Origin: Balanoglossus misakiensis
Lineage: Eukaryota > Animalia > Hemichordata
Assembly (NCBI GenBank): GCA_040954595.2
Contig: CM082596.2
Coordinates: 3,279,025 to 3,343,024 of the forward strand
Length of the DNA stretch: 64,000 bases
Reading direction: 5' to 3'
Shown: piece after piece, positions 37,401 through 51,826 of the stretch
Layout of the letters: every line of letters begins with the position of its first letter
How positions within the stretch are numbered: position 1 is the first letter of the stretch
The notes under the pieces: model-generated
The model's database searches: none
Told to the model about the DNA's origin: nothing
The model's input: only the letters and a program-made list of their open reading frames with translations
Made by a program: the position numbers and the translations under genes

Positions 37401-40095
37401 ATAGTAAACCTCACCAAATCCTGACTGTTGCATGCTGGGTAAGATTGGGTCCATCCCACTTGCAGAGTCCTTGAGTCCTCCTCCGCCCCCCCCCCCCCCC
37501 CCCCCCAATAAATAAAAATAAAATCAAAGGTCACATGCACAGATCGCCAACACGATAGCTAAACACCAACTGACATGCAGCAAATGGAGATCGCTTTCAC
37601 AGATAATAAGAGACTGTCTTGTACAGGTGTCAGTAACTCTTCAGATTGGATCAATGATGCTTATATACGCTGCATAATTTCCATATCCTTGAGAGAGAAA
37701 AATGCCATCAATTTTATTACCTGCGCCACTATCTTGTATACCTGTCACAAAAGGCTGAAGTGATTCCCCCATAGAATTTCGTATACCTCTCACAACTGCA
37801 CAATAGGCCCGTATTCTCATACAGAATTCATTCACTGTGTTAAGGACTGTTATCAGACTGGTGCTATTTATTTGTCAGGCACACCAGCGCTTTTGTGTCT
37901 GTGGCATTTTATGCCTACCTGGGGATTCGTTTGATGGTCTCTCGTTGCCTGTAAAAAATAATCAGAGGTATTCCCAAAACTGGTCGCACATGCCCCCATA
38001 TTTAAATCTTTGACAATCTGACACTTCTCCAAAACACTGACTTCTATGGGCAAGCTAAGGTCTAAATAAAGGTTTGTGACTATTGTTGGAGTCAAAGCAT
38101 TATCCGCAATAAAAGAGACCACAAAGAATGGCCCGTACAATAGGATTGCCTGCTCTTTTCTCTCAAAAACTTAAATAGTGACAGCTAAGGCACTCATCTA
38201 TGGGGTTATGTACTTTGCTTTATACATACTAAACTGCTCAATGAAAATTCCAACTATTTAAAGAGGTTTTATTTTTTACAGGAATCTGACTATACAGTTC
38301 TTTCATTTTTTTTTAAGTTCAAACTTTTGATGGTCAGTTGCAGTGTTTACCAGTTCAGTACAGGTGATTCACCTGTGTTTGCATGCATGTCTGTAGTTGT
38401 GCACATTGCACTCTTGAAGTACCCCAAATTGACCGTATCCTTTTTCTATTTTGGCAGAATCCGGAACTTACACAGCTATTTGAATTGGTTTAAAGTGTTT
38501 CTGTCCCGCATAATGCCTAAAAATATCGCTGCCGATTCTTCTTACTTGTAAAGAGCAGGAAAGCGATGGGGCAAAGAGGAGTTGAACGTAATGTTTGTTT
38601 GGAGTGGCCATAATTTACCGTGGGAAAATCACCGAGTTGCGGAGAAATGCTGTAAAAACTGAAGGACGGGTATTGTCTGCGGGCAAATGGTACCTGGGTA
38701 TGAAAAGCTATCCGTGATGTGTGTCCCACACTGTCAGGTTTTAAAAGGGGGAGGGGGAAAGTTGCTCAATTTCTTGTAATGTGGCCCTCTATCATCAAAA
38801 CTACATGTAAGTCCTATCATAGAGTCCTATCACTTTCCATGGTTACTGTGGTTAAGTTTGCTGAGGTGGCTGTGTACCTTTAATCATCTCTCTACATGGT
38901 TTTAATAGCTTTAAATACAATTCAGTCTTTTTTTGAAAAAATCGCCTATAATAGCATCTGAGTTGTAAACATGAAAAGCAACTTTGATGTACGTATGCAT
39001 GTGTACAGCTGCGTGATTCACCGTTGTTGTTTACCACTAATGTCTTGATTTCAGCAATCCCGTTCTTAACTCAATCTGAGACATATAAATCATTTAGTAG
39101 GTGTGACCATGACATTTACTAAGCTGTAATGAAGGTAAATAAAAAAAACATAGCATTAAATGTTGGTTTGTCATTAATAGAGAGTGCATTGACCTTTAAA
39201 ATGAGCTTATAACATTTCCCAAAATGTGGTTAATGCACATTCGCTAGAATTTACAAACTCCTCGCTCTTGCCATCCTCCATTCTGCATGATTTGGCCCTG
39301 ACAGAAATGTACTAGCATGGCTAGTGAAGATGAGCTTCTGCAAAACAAGTACGGGGAAAAATTCAAGTGTGGAAAATGTAAACAAGATTTTTTTGTGACT
39401 GGCCATGAACTGCTATACTGTACCAGCCTAATTAGAATATGACTGAGTGCAGAGATTCAAAGTGCAGTGTCATTGGTTGAAATCTTCACATCGCTTCTCT
39501 ATACACCTGATGGAGTGTGACTGATTGATTTACGTCAGGAAGTTATATTCCCTTTAATGCTTAGCCTACAAGGGGTGTTATAATTAGTGTAGGGGAGAGG
39601 GGGGACCCTGAGGAGGGATGTGAAATCAACAGGTGATAATTAAAAGGCAAGATACTGCAGCACAGGTTTCTATTGCAAGGTCTCGATTTATTTATCCATG
39701 CTGTGCTGCCATGCTGTTTGATTTTTATGATCTGCGGTCCCATGCCGCAGACCAATATATCACTCTCCGCCTTTGTGGCAATTTTGTGCGTGACCCATTT
39801 CATGTCCTGAAACGTACAGTGCATCAAAACTGAGTCCTGCAAAACTGTCACTAAATTTTTCAGATGTTACACACTGAACAGCTGTAGGGAAGCTTTGCAC
39901 AGAAAGAGGAATTCAAATATTGCCTGATCATAAATTAAAATATTATCAGTCGTAAACTTTTGAACAACAAAAGCATGCATTGATGAGAAGTCTATTAAGA
40001 TGGAGAACTATTCAAAATTGCATGAGGTTATTATATGATGTATGAGTTTGCCCCCTTCCTACTTTTTTTAGCGTAGATGGTCTCAAATCTGGGGT

Positions 40096-40116
40096 AAAGT
40101 GCTGAGTCAGCACTTT
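40096..40116. promoter_or_regulatory. Perfect T-MARE (Maf recognition element) in an extended palindrome
   Basis: AAAGTGCTGAGTCAGCACTTT; the core TGCTGAGTCAGCA at 40100-40112 is the textbook T-MARE. Confidence 0.55.
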
Positions 40117-43100
40117 TCCTATGGTGGAAATATCTGACTAGCTCTGTCAAAAATCAAGCATCGTCAGGTGGTTTCCTTTATTGGGTAAAACTTGTCTTTT
40201 TTGTTGTTGTTGTTGTCTTGGACGTGTAAAAGGAATGTTGACATAGTTGCCTTTGAAAAAAGAAAATGCATGGAATCTGTACATACAAGCAGGGGATGAA
40301 AAGAAAGCTGTCAAAATTAATGTTCCGTTAAGAGTTTAACTGTTTACAGGTGCATTTGCACACCAGGTTGACCATCCCACTTTTGTAGTGCTCGGTTAAT
40401 GTCTTATGAAAAAGAAAATTAAGCCAGTAAATTTTTCGAGGCCAATAATTGTCATCATTCTGTGTAGCTTGAGGAGTTTCTCAGCAAAATACTGTTAAGA
40501 GGCATTATGGTCCGTTTTGATGAAAGTAAATTCAGACTGTGAACTCTCTGAAAAATAAGACTGTACATAAGTTGCCATGGTATTAAAGCGTTAACTGACA
40601 AAGTTACAAGTAATCATCTTGTGAGCAGGTGGGTTTGGATGATTTTGACAGCTCTTGTCAGAGAGAAATCATATCTGAGACTCACAGCCTCCAAAAGGTA
40701 TACTCTGACTCTATGTTCTACAATGATTTCTCCTAGCTGGCTGAGTGCCTTAGCCTGGTGGGTTAGGAACCTAATACCCGGCTTAGTTCTACTTGACTTG
40801 TAAAGTCAGATTTAGGATTAGGGTAGTTGAGTTACAACCCTCCAGCATGGGAGCTGCAGCTATGTAATTTTAAAATTTCTTGTTTCTTTAATATCTGTAC
40901 ATGTACTTTAATATTCAGCTGTTGGCTAAATGCATGGATGATAGGCTATCCTTGGTGTACGTTCGATCAACAGTGTACAGTTTTGTTTGACCTTCGTGTT
41001 TTGTCGTGTGATTTCAAAGATTGGAACAAATTATCTGATCAGTTTTATATAAGTGGTTATGCTGAGCTCTCTGATGATGCCTAATAGCAGCCGGCCTTGC
41101 TCACTTCTTGCATTTTCTCTCTTAACCATTCCACCAAAACGTGACTTCTAGCCAACAAAATTGGAAAGGGGTCTCATGAAAGCACAGACGGACCTTTAAC
41201 TGTGAGTCTCACAGTCACATGGCCGTGGTGTGCGCACAAAAGGCACTTTGTGGATGCTTGGGGTCAACTCTTTTGAAAGATTTCGATTTTCTCTCTTACA
41301 CCTGTTATGTACGACAGGTTGGAGACCAACTCTGAATGGTGTGATCAATGCTGTACGCTGTCACACTTCAGTGGCATGGCCTTTTTTATCCGCCGATGGC
41401 CGTACTTGGCGACGCTATAGAAACTTTAACTGAACGACAATTTTAATTTAGTGCCGATGGCCGCTATCGAAAAGAATGCAGAGTTCGAGTCGCGATGTTT
41501 TGTTTTTCAATAAATCACACCTTCAAGCCCCTGCAGTCCGGGGTTCCACTCCACTTGGTTGGAATTTCAACTGCAGAGCACTTTTTAAGACTGCCACCAT
41601 TGTCCGAGTTCAGCCAACTGGTTGACCGGTGTAGCGTAAATAACATATTTCCACTTTTTAACCAACTTTTGCGGTAATTTCCGAAGTTTGATTCACTGGC
41701 AGAGAATTCACCACGATGCCACCCTGTAAATTAAAACCAATTGTTTGCTGAAAATAGCCACAATAGTAATAAAACTTGACAGAGTCATAAAAAAGTCACT
41801 GTTTCCAGTTTACTCAAGGAATGCCATTAAATCGTGATAATTGTACACTATAAACACAAAGGGCATGCAAGCAGTCAACACACTTTTTTCTTTCAATTTG
41901 ATGAGCATATTATACTGAAACAGGTTCCACATACCTGCTGCCTATTCCACCTGTAAGTGCTATCTATATGATGTCAACCTGACCCTATTGCGGCATCCCA
42001 TATCAGGTCTGACCACCCGTTGGCTGCACCCGTCCCAACACACATACAGTACCCAGGGACCACATTCAGAGCACCCTCCCCTCAAGCATCGCCTCAGGTG
42101 AAACCAGGTTGGGGTTCTGTGTTCGTCAGCCTCACAATGTCCTCTAGTTTGGCTCTTGGCCAATCCCCCCACCCCCTCCCGAGTTAATTATCTCAGATCC
42201 ACTAATTAAAACCCTAAACATCCAATCCAATTAAGCAGAGCTACAGTACCTGGATATGTCAGGAGAATGGGCAACACATTTCCCATCATGCCACAGTACT
42301 GCACATAGATACCTGATATACAGTTTGTTTATTTATCAGCTTTTGATCTGTATTTACTCTTCATGAAAATAGTATTTGTCTGCTATTGCAATTCAGCATA
42401 TCTGCCAATCATGGAAATATTCATGTTTTATGTCCATGACATGTGTTGTGACATTGAGTGTGGTTCAGTGAACACACAACAACATAAACAGCCCATCGTA
42501 AGAAACAAAAATAACAAAATAATGTCAAAAGTTGACGTCTTTGCCGTTGTATTGTATCAGGGATACACGTCTACTATCTTTCACTTCTTAATGCATTTCT
42601 GGCATACGTAGACTGACCGGTTCAAGGAGATGTCACGAGTATGTTGACGTCTGAAGAATCCATTCACACTTTATACTTTCCCCTCTGAGGTATGACGTGA
42701 GGATACACTGTTTTATGACGTCTCATTGTTATCATGGAGATGACGTGGAGACCAAGTCCGACCCCAGGTCAGAAAACAAGACCAGGAAAACAACACACAC
42801 ACAGCAAGGGTGTGTCAAATTTCCTCATCATACAGCGGAAGTCAAAGAGTAAGCTGTATCAGTACAGGTGACCATGGAATAATAAAATTATAAAATTTCT
42901 CTATAAGCTTTGTATTATATTGAAAAAAATACTTATTGAAATGCAATTTTATCTGAGATCAAATTTTAAATGAGTGAAACGTAAAAATTCATTAGAAGGA
43001 ACAGCATGTTGTTTCAGTACCTCACACTCAAATAAATTGGAATTGGATATAAGGAATAAAAACAGATAATAGAGATCACCTTAGCAACTGCAAAGGGCTT

Positions 43101-46100
43101 TTGAATCTTTGCCGGTTCTCTTTTATGTAACTGAGTGAACTTCCTGATTTTTGCACCTTTTTAGATCTCATACAACCTGGCCACTTCCTGATTTTTTGGC
43201 CTGTTTGACAAATCCGTATGATATTGTGGTGATGTTGTAAACACTTCATCAGGAAGTGAAGATTTGGCTTTGAACAACTTCCCTACTCCTTTTCCATTTT
43301 CCCCTTTTTTCCACTTGATTCTTGACCAACTGGACATTGTCCTGGTGATCCTGATCGAAAGTAACAAAAAATAAAAGTTGTGAGATCAATTTTGAGAAAA
43401 AAGACGACAACTTGGCTATGGCGTTGAAAAGGATAATTCACTTCATGCTGATCAAATCTGAACGCGTTCGCGAGAGAGCAATCGCAAAAGCATTCTTTAC
43501 ATACTGCAGGCAGAATCACAAGGCGGTTATCCCCAATTACGATAATAATTACGTGAATCGTTTGTAAAGACTCCACTTTAGTCGGTATGTGTCCACACAA
43601 TTGAGTTCCTCCCTTTTAATTGTCTGATCCTGAATAGATCACTGATTGATCCTGTCCACTGTAATTACCAGGTGTTGTCTTAACCTAATGAGGTAAATTA
43701 ACATGTCCCTCACTTACCTGTGCATAAATCTCATCCCTACCCTGACCAGAAGTGGCAGTATAAGCTGATGTTATCTGGTGAATGAAAGATTTAAAAGATA
43801 ATGCAGATAGTGGGGGTGAAGATAATTGCCATGGCGATTGATTAGGGATGAGTACATAGCTGTAACAGGTGTGTGATGTAATCGTTCTAAATGGTGCTGT
43901 AGGTTGAAAGGTCAGCATCTGACATTTACAAATATAGTGAGTTATTATATGGCTTTTTTTATGAGAAGGTTTTTTACGTGTACGTTAAATATATTCTCAT
44001 TCTCAGAACAGGTGTGATTGTTAATAACTCTATACTCTTTTGTTGAAATGGAAAACACACACTGATTTCTTACTATGTTTTAAAGAAAAGAGAATGTTCA
44101 GTGAGAATAATTTTTCAAATGGGCATTTTGGGTGTTTGAATTCACTCTGTGAAATTTGTAGCAGCTATAAGTTTCAATGTGGCATAATAAAAGCTGAAGG
44201 CAGAGAGATAAAAATGTCAGTTTTGATATTTTTTGAAGGATTTAAAATAATACAGATTTATTTATTTTCCAGTAGCATTTACCTTGAATTGGCAAGTGCA
44301 TACAGTATGGCAATGTGACTGTTTTGATAACACTTCAGAAGGTGACAAGACTAAAGCCACTCCTTTTTATGACTAATAAATGAAAAATTCATGCCTGTAA
44401 TTTTAAGATAATCATATCTCAAGTTTTGCAAATATTGTAACCCACTCCTGCCTGTTTACATACCTTGAAAAGAAAAAATGATAGTGAAGTATCAAGGTAT
44501 TGATGGAAAGCACGGTTGTTGTTGCTGTTGTTATTGTTGATAATGAATGTTTACAGTGAATTCTTCTGAGTCAGAAAGAGATAACATTAAATTGTTTGCA
44601 TTTTTGTCATTCTTAGGCCTCAGTGGAATTCGTAAGGGTGGGTTGTTTTTATTCGGGCCTTGAGCTGAATGAATTCAAAGGCCAATCTTATCTGGATAGT
44701 GTTATAAAATCTTGCCAAGGTCGACACCCCCTGTATAACTGCCAGTGCAGTGACACGTATACCCCAAACACTTTCTAAAGAATAACGTACAACTTGTTTG
44801 TGTCGCTGAGCCGAGCGGGCTCACCTTAACTTCTGTCCCGAGGACATACCATCTTTAATGCGCCTGTCTTCATTGACTGGAAATCCATACATTATACAGT
44901 TGCAGATCTGAGTCACACTTGTTTGAGCAAAAGGCCGCAATGTATTTTCTGAACTTCCGGAGTGAATTCTTTCGAAGGCCAGATCCACCTGACCATGACT
45001 TATCAGCGACAATCAAACGAGAATGTATCAAAACAACAACAACATACTTTATTTTCCTTTACCTCCCCCTCTCTCTCTTCCCACTGGGAGAAGTGTTTGA
45101 TATCATCTTGTATGCACGTGTGGTTCAACAGTGTTTTGAAATCATTTAGCTTTCACTGTGTATATAGGCCTGCAGTGAGATGGCCACCTTTGGGCAAGAT
45201 TTCCCACAAACAACCACCTTTCCCTGGGACAAATTTTCTGCCTGTGTGCCTTGTAATTATCACCAGCCACTCTCCCATTGTCGGAACTCTTTCCGTTTCA
45301 TTTCTGGAATATAATGCTCTGCTTTGAGATGAAAGAAATTTGCGATCACAACACGGAGCGAACTTTTTTTATGGTCACTTGAGACAGTTGCAGTTTCTTC
45401 CACTCGATTGAAAATTGAAAAGAGATGGAGTTCAGAAGGCCGTAATGAAAGAGTCTTGCTTTGGTCAACTCTTGTCAACTCTTAGCACTGTGCTGACTTT
45501 TTCCTCAACAGAAATTGATCATAATTTAGATTCCTATAATCAACATTTACTGATATCTCACAAGACATCTGTGTTTTGTCTGTCGTAGAAAACAAACATT
45601 GAAAAAAGTTTTATCTGCAGGCTTTCAATTGTAGAAGATTACATCCCAATTAACAGGTAAAAGAGTCCTTTCTTCTCGAAGATTTGTGACAAGCAATTTG
45701 AATTGGACCCCCAGTGCGGTGCGATTCAGCATCTATTACAATGGTGTTCACTTTTCTTTTTACGGTGCAGTACCAGTGCATTGCGGGGAGCACCAGTCGC
45801 CTGCTGAAAATGACATTGATCTGATGTTGTGTTGTTGTTGAAGGATTTTGTTAAAAATGATAGGATGATGATTGAGGCTTTAACTTTGAACTTCACAAGT
45901 TCAACACACACCACGACATCTGGGTGGCAAGGATGAAAACCAAAAATCCACACCGGACGGGGTCAGAATGGCAAGAATGTTAATCGTCTTGGAAACAAAG
46001 CAGGAATCCTCCAAAAAAGAGGCTTTAACAAGCTTAGATCAACTTTGATTTAGGGTTTTCCAGAAACCCTTTTAAGAAGTCAAATGGTTTGTCACTAAAT

Positions 46101-46405
46101 AATGACCTTGAACAACAGAAGGCCCACAATGGGAGCATTATCTAGGTATAATTGCAATGGTGTAAGGTTTTACAAACCTGCTTTTTAATATAGAGGATTC
46201 AATTATTCCTCTTGTGGCAGTTAGATGTTCTCAGTAACAAAAAGACATAAGATTTTCAATCTGGAATTTTGGAACTAATTCTTTCATGCACCTGATGACA
46301 GATCTGTGTATAGTGAGTCAATTAGGTAAAAGTTCCAATTGTTTTTATATAACAATACTCAATTGCACTACGATCGAAGAATCGTCCTATAGTGGTTGCT
46401 CATAC

Positions 46406-47127
46406 CATGGAGGTACTAGAGAGAAGGAGCGAGGACGCTATTGTTTCCTATGAACCCCATGTGCGTCTTAATCTGTTTGCAGATAACATTAGGCTCTCAA
46501 CCTTTTATCACCTGATAGGCGTTCATTCAAGCTGTGCGCTTGCGTAGATAAACAAATCATAGCTGGCGTTGCGTCTCTAAGCATAAACAACCGGACCAAA
46601 CTGCTGTGCCGAACGTCTCTACACTGACAATTACAATGGCGAATATCGGGCACTTCTCACCATTTCACACTAACAAGACAGCTTGCATCGGGAAGATTGG
46701 TTTTCAAATAAAACTTATGAACTTGTTGTTTTTTGCTGAACATTGCTACAAACTCAAAATATTCATTTCAAAATCATACTTTTTGGTTGTACAAACAAGA
46801 GAAATAACGCTACAAACCTTCAGAGACGTCCGCTTGACACGCCTCCGGTAGTGGTGACGCGCAAACTGTGACCCCTGGATGTTTTAAAAGTCACCGCGCA
46901 TATGTAGTACCCTCGTCCGCGATGTGCGCATAACGTTTTTAATATCATAGAAATATTACCCCGTAGATCTTGCAAACCTAACTGTAAAATCGACGGCAAC
47001 ACACAGTGGGTTCAAAGGACGCTATCGACACAGAAACACAAACACTTAAGAAGCTTATCACACTTCAGAAGAAAGGGATTTAATCCGCTTAAATCCGTCC
47101 TCGCTCCTTCTCTCTAGTACCTCCATG
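46406..47127. mobile_element. Non-autonomous DNA transposon (MITE), 722 bp, P-element-like
   Basis: Perfect 32-bp terminal inverted repeats CATGGAGGTACTAGAGAGAAGGAGCGAGGACG at 46406-46437 and 47096-47127. A 7-bp target-site duplication CTCATAC sits at 46399-46405 and 47128-47134. There is no transposase ORF, and the interior is CpG-rich. Confidence 0.92.
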
Positions 47128-47158
47128 CTCATACCAATAGCATGTGGTTTGTATCAAA

Positions 47159-47244
47159 CCTTTTAACACCATGGTTTGGACCAAATCCATTGCTCTCTGT
47201 GGTAAAGTTAGACTATTACAGAGCCGGAAACAGGAATGAAAGGG
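47159..47244. mobile_element. Short TTAA-associated MITE (same family as 9030-9114)
   Basis: CCTTTTAACACCATGGTTTGGACCAAATCCATTG...GGAAACAGGAATGAAAGGG-TTAA aligns with the reverse complement of 9030-9114. Confidence 0.75.
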
Positions 47245-48005
47245 TTAACTCTATAAGTGGTTCATTCAAATAATAGCAATTTTCAAGAAGACTGGTCGGT
47301 TTTTGTTGTTCATTGATTAAAAAAGGAAGTAGCAAATTGATCAGTCCAAATATAAACCAGTTGAATAGGAAGCGAGTGATTCACCGGGATTCCACGAAGG
47401 AACCACTTCAGATTTAAATTTCATTGTTTTGCTGTTGGCGTGACATAATCTAATTAAAAGTTTCTTTCAAGTGTTTTGAATGAGTTGAATTTGGAATGAA
47501 TCTATGCCGGAAACACCACCCGGCAGCGAAGTGAGCCAAATGTGTTTGATCTTAATTGTTTCCACTGTTAAGCCAATATCCACTCTTAAATATTCATGAT
47601 TTCAAGTCATTTCCATGCCCAATGTTGTTTGCTGCGGTTTTCTTTGGACTTTTAAATTCCTTGATGTACACACAGACATGGTGGAATTTATCCAACCTTT
47701 TTGTGAAATTTTCAGCTAAAAATTATTGTAGGAAGGATCAGTTTGTCTCTGCTAATGACTTCAATTGTCGTTATAGACCAAATAGCACAAAACAAATGCC
47801 AAAAGGAAGACTTAAAAAGTCTTTTCGAAATTGAAAAGAAAAGAAAGTGTATGGGTTCATCGAAATGACCAGGTCAAGGAACTGTATGACACCTTTAAAT
47901 CATTCCTGCCACAGATTTATGAGCTTGTGTGCGTACCTTCATTGATGCATGCAGCTACAATGTGCATGTGAAATGTACGTTTTAGTACATCACCACATCT
48001 TTCAT

Positions 48006-48095
48006 CTGTCCCTAAACACTGAGATGTTAAAAAAACCCTGATGAATAGGGGTCTTTGTGAGTGTGACTTGACTCATCTTAGTGTTTAGGGCACAG
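48006..48095. repeat. Short inverted repeat (~21-bp arms)
   Basis: CTGTCCCTAAACACTGAGATG ... CATCTTAGTGTTTAGGGCACAG; the arms differ by one substitution and one indel. Confidence 0.75.
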
Positions 48096-51000
48096 TTGGA
48101 CAAAAGGTGGTTTACCTGGGTTTTATACCTACATGTACACTACCAGCTCTATTATAAAGAAGGGTAGTCATGCCTGTACAAAGAAAGTCTATGTTTCTCG
48201 GGAGAAGGTAATGTCTTGTTTTAGAGCTGCTGTTTGTGGATCTGGTAAAATTGATCATTCTGAAAATGTAATTCGTAAATATTTTGATATTTTAATCTTC
48301 CATTGTGTGAGAGTATATATCTATTTGTTTATTTATTAATTATTTATTTATTTTCAAACAAAGCTGCTGATATAATACCATGAAAAGAAAAAAAATTCAG
48401 TCACCCATCAAGTGTTTGAAGCACGAGAGGTTGACTTAGTAAAGCTTCATGAAAAACACATCACTGTGTGTATTTCAGTTGCAGGTGTGCAGGTTGGATT
48501 GACAAACTGTACTAAAATGAGCTGATGGAAATGGCACATTAATATAAACACCTGTCTACAGGAAATGTTTGTCGAGTTTGACTGAAATGTCCAGCACATA
48601 TGATGACTGCTTTGCTAATGAGTTCTGTTTGTGATTTGCATTGATCCAGGGTGCATTGAAACTGATGTGTTCAGATTATCAAATTGTCAGTCTCATCCTC
48701 CCCCCCCCCCCAAACAGAACTATATCATATACACAGGTGAGAGGAACGATGGTTTGCAAGGGGATCTCACCCTGACTCCACACATTTAGTCGTCAGCCCC
48801 GACAAGTAGAATGGTTTCTTCCCTTCACTCGCCCTTCACTCGATCAGCATGCACGTTCGAGACGAACATGTCTTCTCACATCAATGTCTGTTCACATCAA
48901 TGCAGAGCACGGATTTCTTGTCTGGCAAATTTGTCTGACTACTGTCTGTACGTGTGACAGCTCAGGGAAAATGGATGATGTGAAGCTGAAAGTGTTTTTG
49001 CTGCTGTGTGAAAGGGTCGCAGAACTGCACGGACGGTTACAATGCAGGAGGGGAACAGGGTTATATTGATGGCCCAAACCACAGCAGAATTCCCTGGGGA
49101 AAAGCCCTTCACAGATTAAAAAAAAGGGGAAAGAGACCACTGCAATTATTTCAGCATTAAAGTGTCAACTCTGGGTGGAATAAATAACCTAAATATTGAC
49201 AAGGGACTGTTGTGTCTTGAATTCTCGAGTTCTTTATCGGGTGTACTGTGTGGGTGGATCAATGAATGGAAGATGCGGGCTATCTGTTATAACAAGTGTA
49301 TTGGGGGCACATTCCTTAGTGAACTTTATTTTCATTTTCAGGTTAAGTTTAAAAGACTGCATATGGAATTGACTTTGAAAATCTTTATACCATATGTGTT
49401 TTCAGATATGTTTCCCATCACCTTTCTAAAGTGAAAGGCACCGGCCGTCTGTGAGACTACTTTGATCTAATAGCTGCGACCCATATCCCGACAGAGCTTT
49501 TACAATCATACATTTTCAGATCAAAATTTACGATCTCTTTATCCTCCACCTTTATATCTCTCTTGTATTTTTGTCCATCTGTCAGTCAGCCCTTCCTTTA
49601 AAATTTGGTTATCTGAATTAGTCCACTGTATAGAAGTTCTCATTCTTTGCTGCTGGTGCATACAAACATGCATATGTGTATTTACACACTTTGCTAAACT
49701 GCACTACTCTATATATTTGCCTGTTACATATACAGTGTGAAGTTAAACATACAATACTTGTATACATATACATACAGTTGCATGTACACACAGCTACTCA
49801 TATAAGCTCCTGCATGTGAGCAGACATGTATACACAGATTGACACCAACACCCACACACATACACACTGATGTATTTGGTTTTTATGCCCCACTTTCTAT
49901 AACCCTGTGGTTTGACCTCTGACCCTGCCTTTATATGGAGGTGATCAAACTTTGCACCATGGTTTAACCAATCAGTGTGCTCTGCCCAGAAATGTTTAAA
50001 TGTCACAAATGGCCCACTGTGTTTACTTTTCATAAAATTTAACTGTCTGCAATGAATGTAAAAGTATATGACTTGAGACATTTATAGCTCAAACAGAATG
50101 CTATCAGGACAGACAGCCTGACATAGAAAAAAGGGAATAAAACAACATGCTTTGAATGAGATAAGCATTGATGACAGGCCGAGAAAAAAAATCTGGAATA
50201 AAATAACACTGAGAGAGATATGCATTTTTGTTACACCAGTGGCGACATGGGTTTTTGCTTTTCCATAAAAATGGGAAAAGAAGTGTTTGATTTTCCCATA
50301 AATATGGGAGAAATGATTAATCTAAAGTTCCGGATAGCACAGTTTTGAAATTTAATGTAGGCTTAAGTAGACTTGAAGACTCATAAATTCAGCGTTGGGC
50401 ATCAATCATGCCTTGGTTACTGTGAGTGTTTATACTCTCAGACATTCTCGGTGAATATGTTTTGTTGATAGAAATTTCGGTGTGTTTGTGAATATTTAGG
50501 AGAGGGTTTCGCCTGGTGTAAATTCCAGCATAGGGGTGCTTAACCGTGACCCAGATTATTCAGTGGAGCCACTCCGCTCTAGCTATGTTGACTGGAAGTA
50601 GATGAAATGCTAAATCAAAGTTTATGGGGCTTAACTGTGAAGAGAAAGAACGTGCAGGCCATGCTGAGGAAACTTTATGTTGAGATTAGAACCGGGTTGC
50701 TCTAGGAACGTTCAGTTTTGATTAATTTCTTGTTTATATGACAAAAAAACAAAAACCTTTTGAAAACATGAATAATCAACATACATGTACAGTATAAAGT
50801 GTTGTGTTTTCTTGTCTTGCGGTATTTATATGTGAACAAAAATATAGCGTACAAAATCGAGAAACTAAATTACTCAGTTGTTTGGCCAGAGCAGCTTTGA
50901 TGTATGGTAGGTTAGCAGTTGAAGTTTGGAGAAGGCAATTTGTCAAGCACTGGTACTGGTTTATAACAATGCTCTGTCACATATCCCACTGTAGTGTTAA

Positions 51001-51750
51001 GAAGCTTTTCTCTGCCTGTGTCAACTTGGGCAACTCATCAAATGACATGTTTGCCTTCCTCTGTTAAGCCATCGCAGAAAGATTAAAGTTGATTGCAGTA
51101 CTGGGTGAAGAGTTTTTACAAAGGCAATGTCAAGTCTGTTTGTAAGAAACATCAGTTCTGTCAAATTTTGTCACAGTAGACCGCTTACTACAAAGTTCAG
51201 CCATCAGAGAATTGAACTTTGTTGGTGAAATGTCATCCTCACCCAAGCTTTTATTGAGGAAATATAGCTTTCGTTCCATAAATAGTTCAGTCTCGTGACT
51301 TCTTGGTTTAACCTACATATCCTTTAAAAATATGAAGTAGGATATATCAATCAGGATTTAGACCAAACACACTGAATACTTAATTAACCAACAAACTTAG
51401 ATATCTCTCTTTGACCAATTGACATCAATAGGTGATACTTCACATATTCTTTTCATAATACAAATATTCAATGGAAAAAAAACCCTCTAAATATTTCATT
51501 TTGTCCTGCATATCAAGTTTTTTCAAATGTCAGATAGATTATATTACAGGATACTGAAGGGATACATTCACAGCAGACATAAATGTACCAAGCATAATAA
51601 AAGCGAGATATATTTTTCTTCTCGTTCAGTTGTACACTCTGGGACTAACTTAGGTTTATACTGGTATTTGAGGTTTACTGCCAGCAGACACTAGCAAAAG
51701 GTTTTTGGGTTCTGGTTGCAATGTCACGCTGACATCTGAGATGATGATCA

Positions 51751-51791
51751 GCCTGATACCATGACGATAATCCGCCTGATACCATGACGAT
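51751..51791. repeat. Direct duplication of 18 bp (23-bp period)
   Basis: GCCTGATACCATGACGAT at 51751-51768 and 51774-51791. Confidence 0.9.
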
Positions 51792-51826
51792 GAAAAAAGC
51801 AAAGCAAAATACAGTGATGTGTCTGT

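Noticed and set aside
37474-37520. Poly-Gly ORF and C-run followed by AATAAA
   Set aside because: It is a homopolymer C tract like those at ~35760, ~48700 and ~55027, with no gene context.
46957-46980. miR-100/miR-10-like word ACCCCGTAGATC
   Set aside because: It is only a partial match, forms no hairpin and lies inside the MITE.
46438-47095. Transposase or THAP remnant inside the 722-bp element
   Set aside because: The short ORFs show no C2CH THAP or DDE/D motifs.
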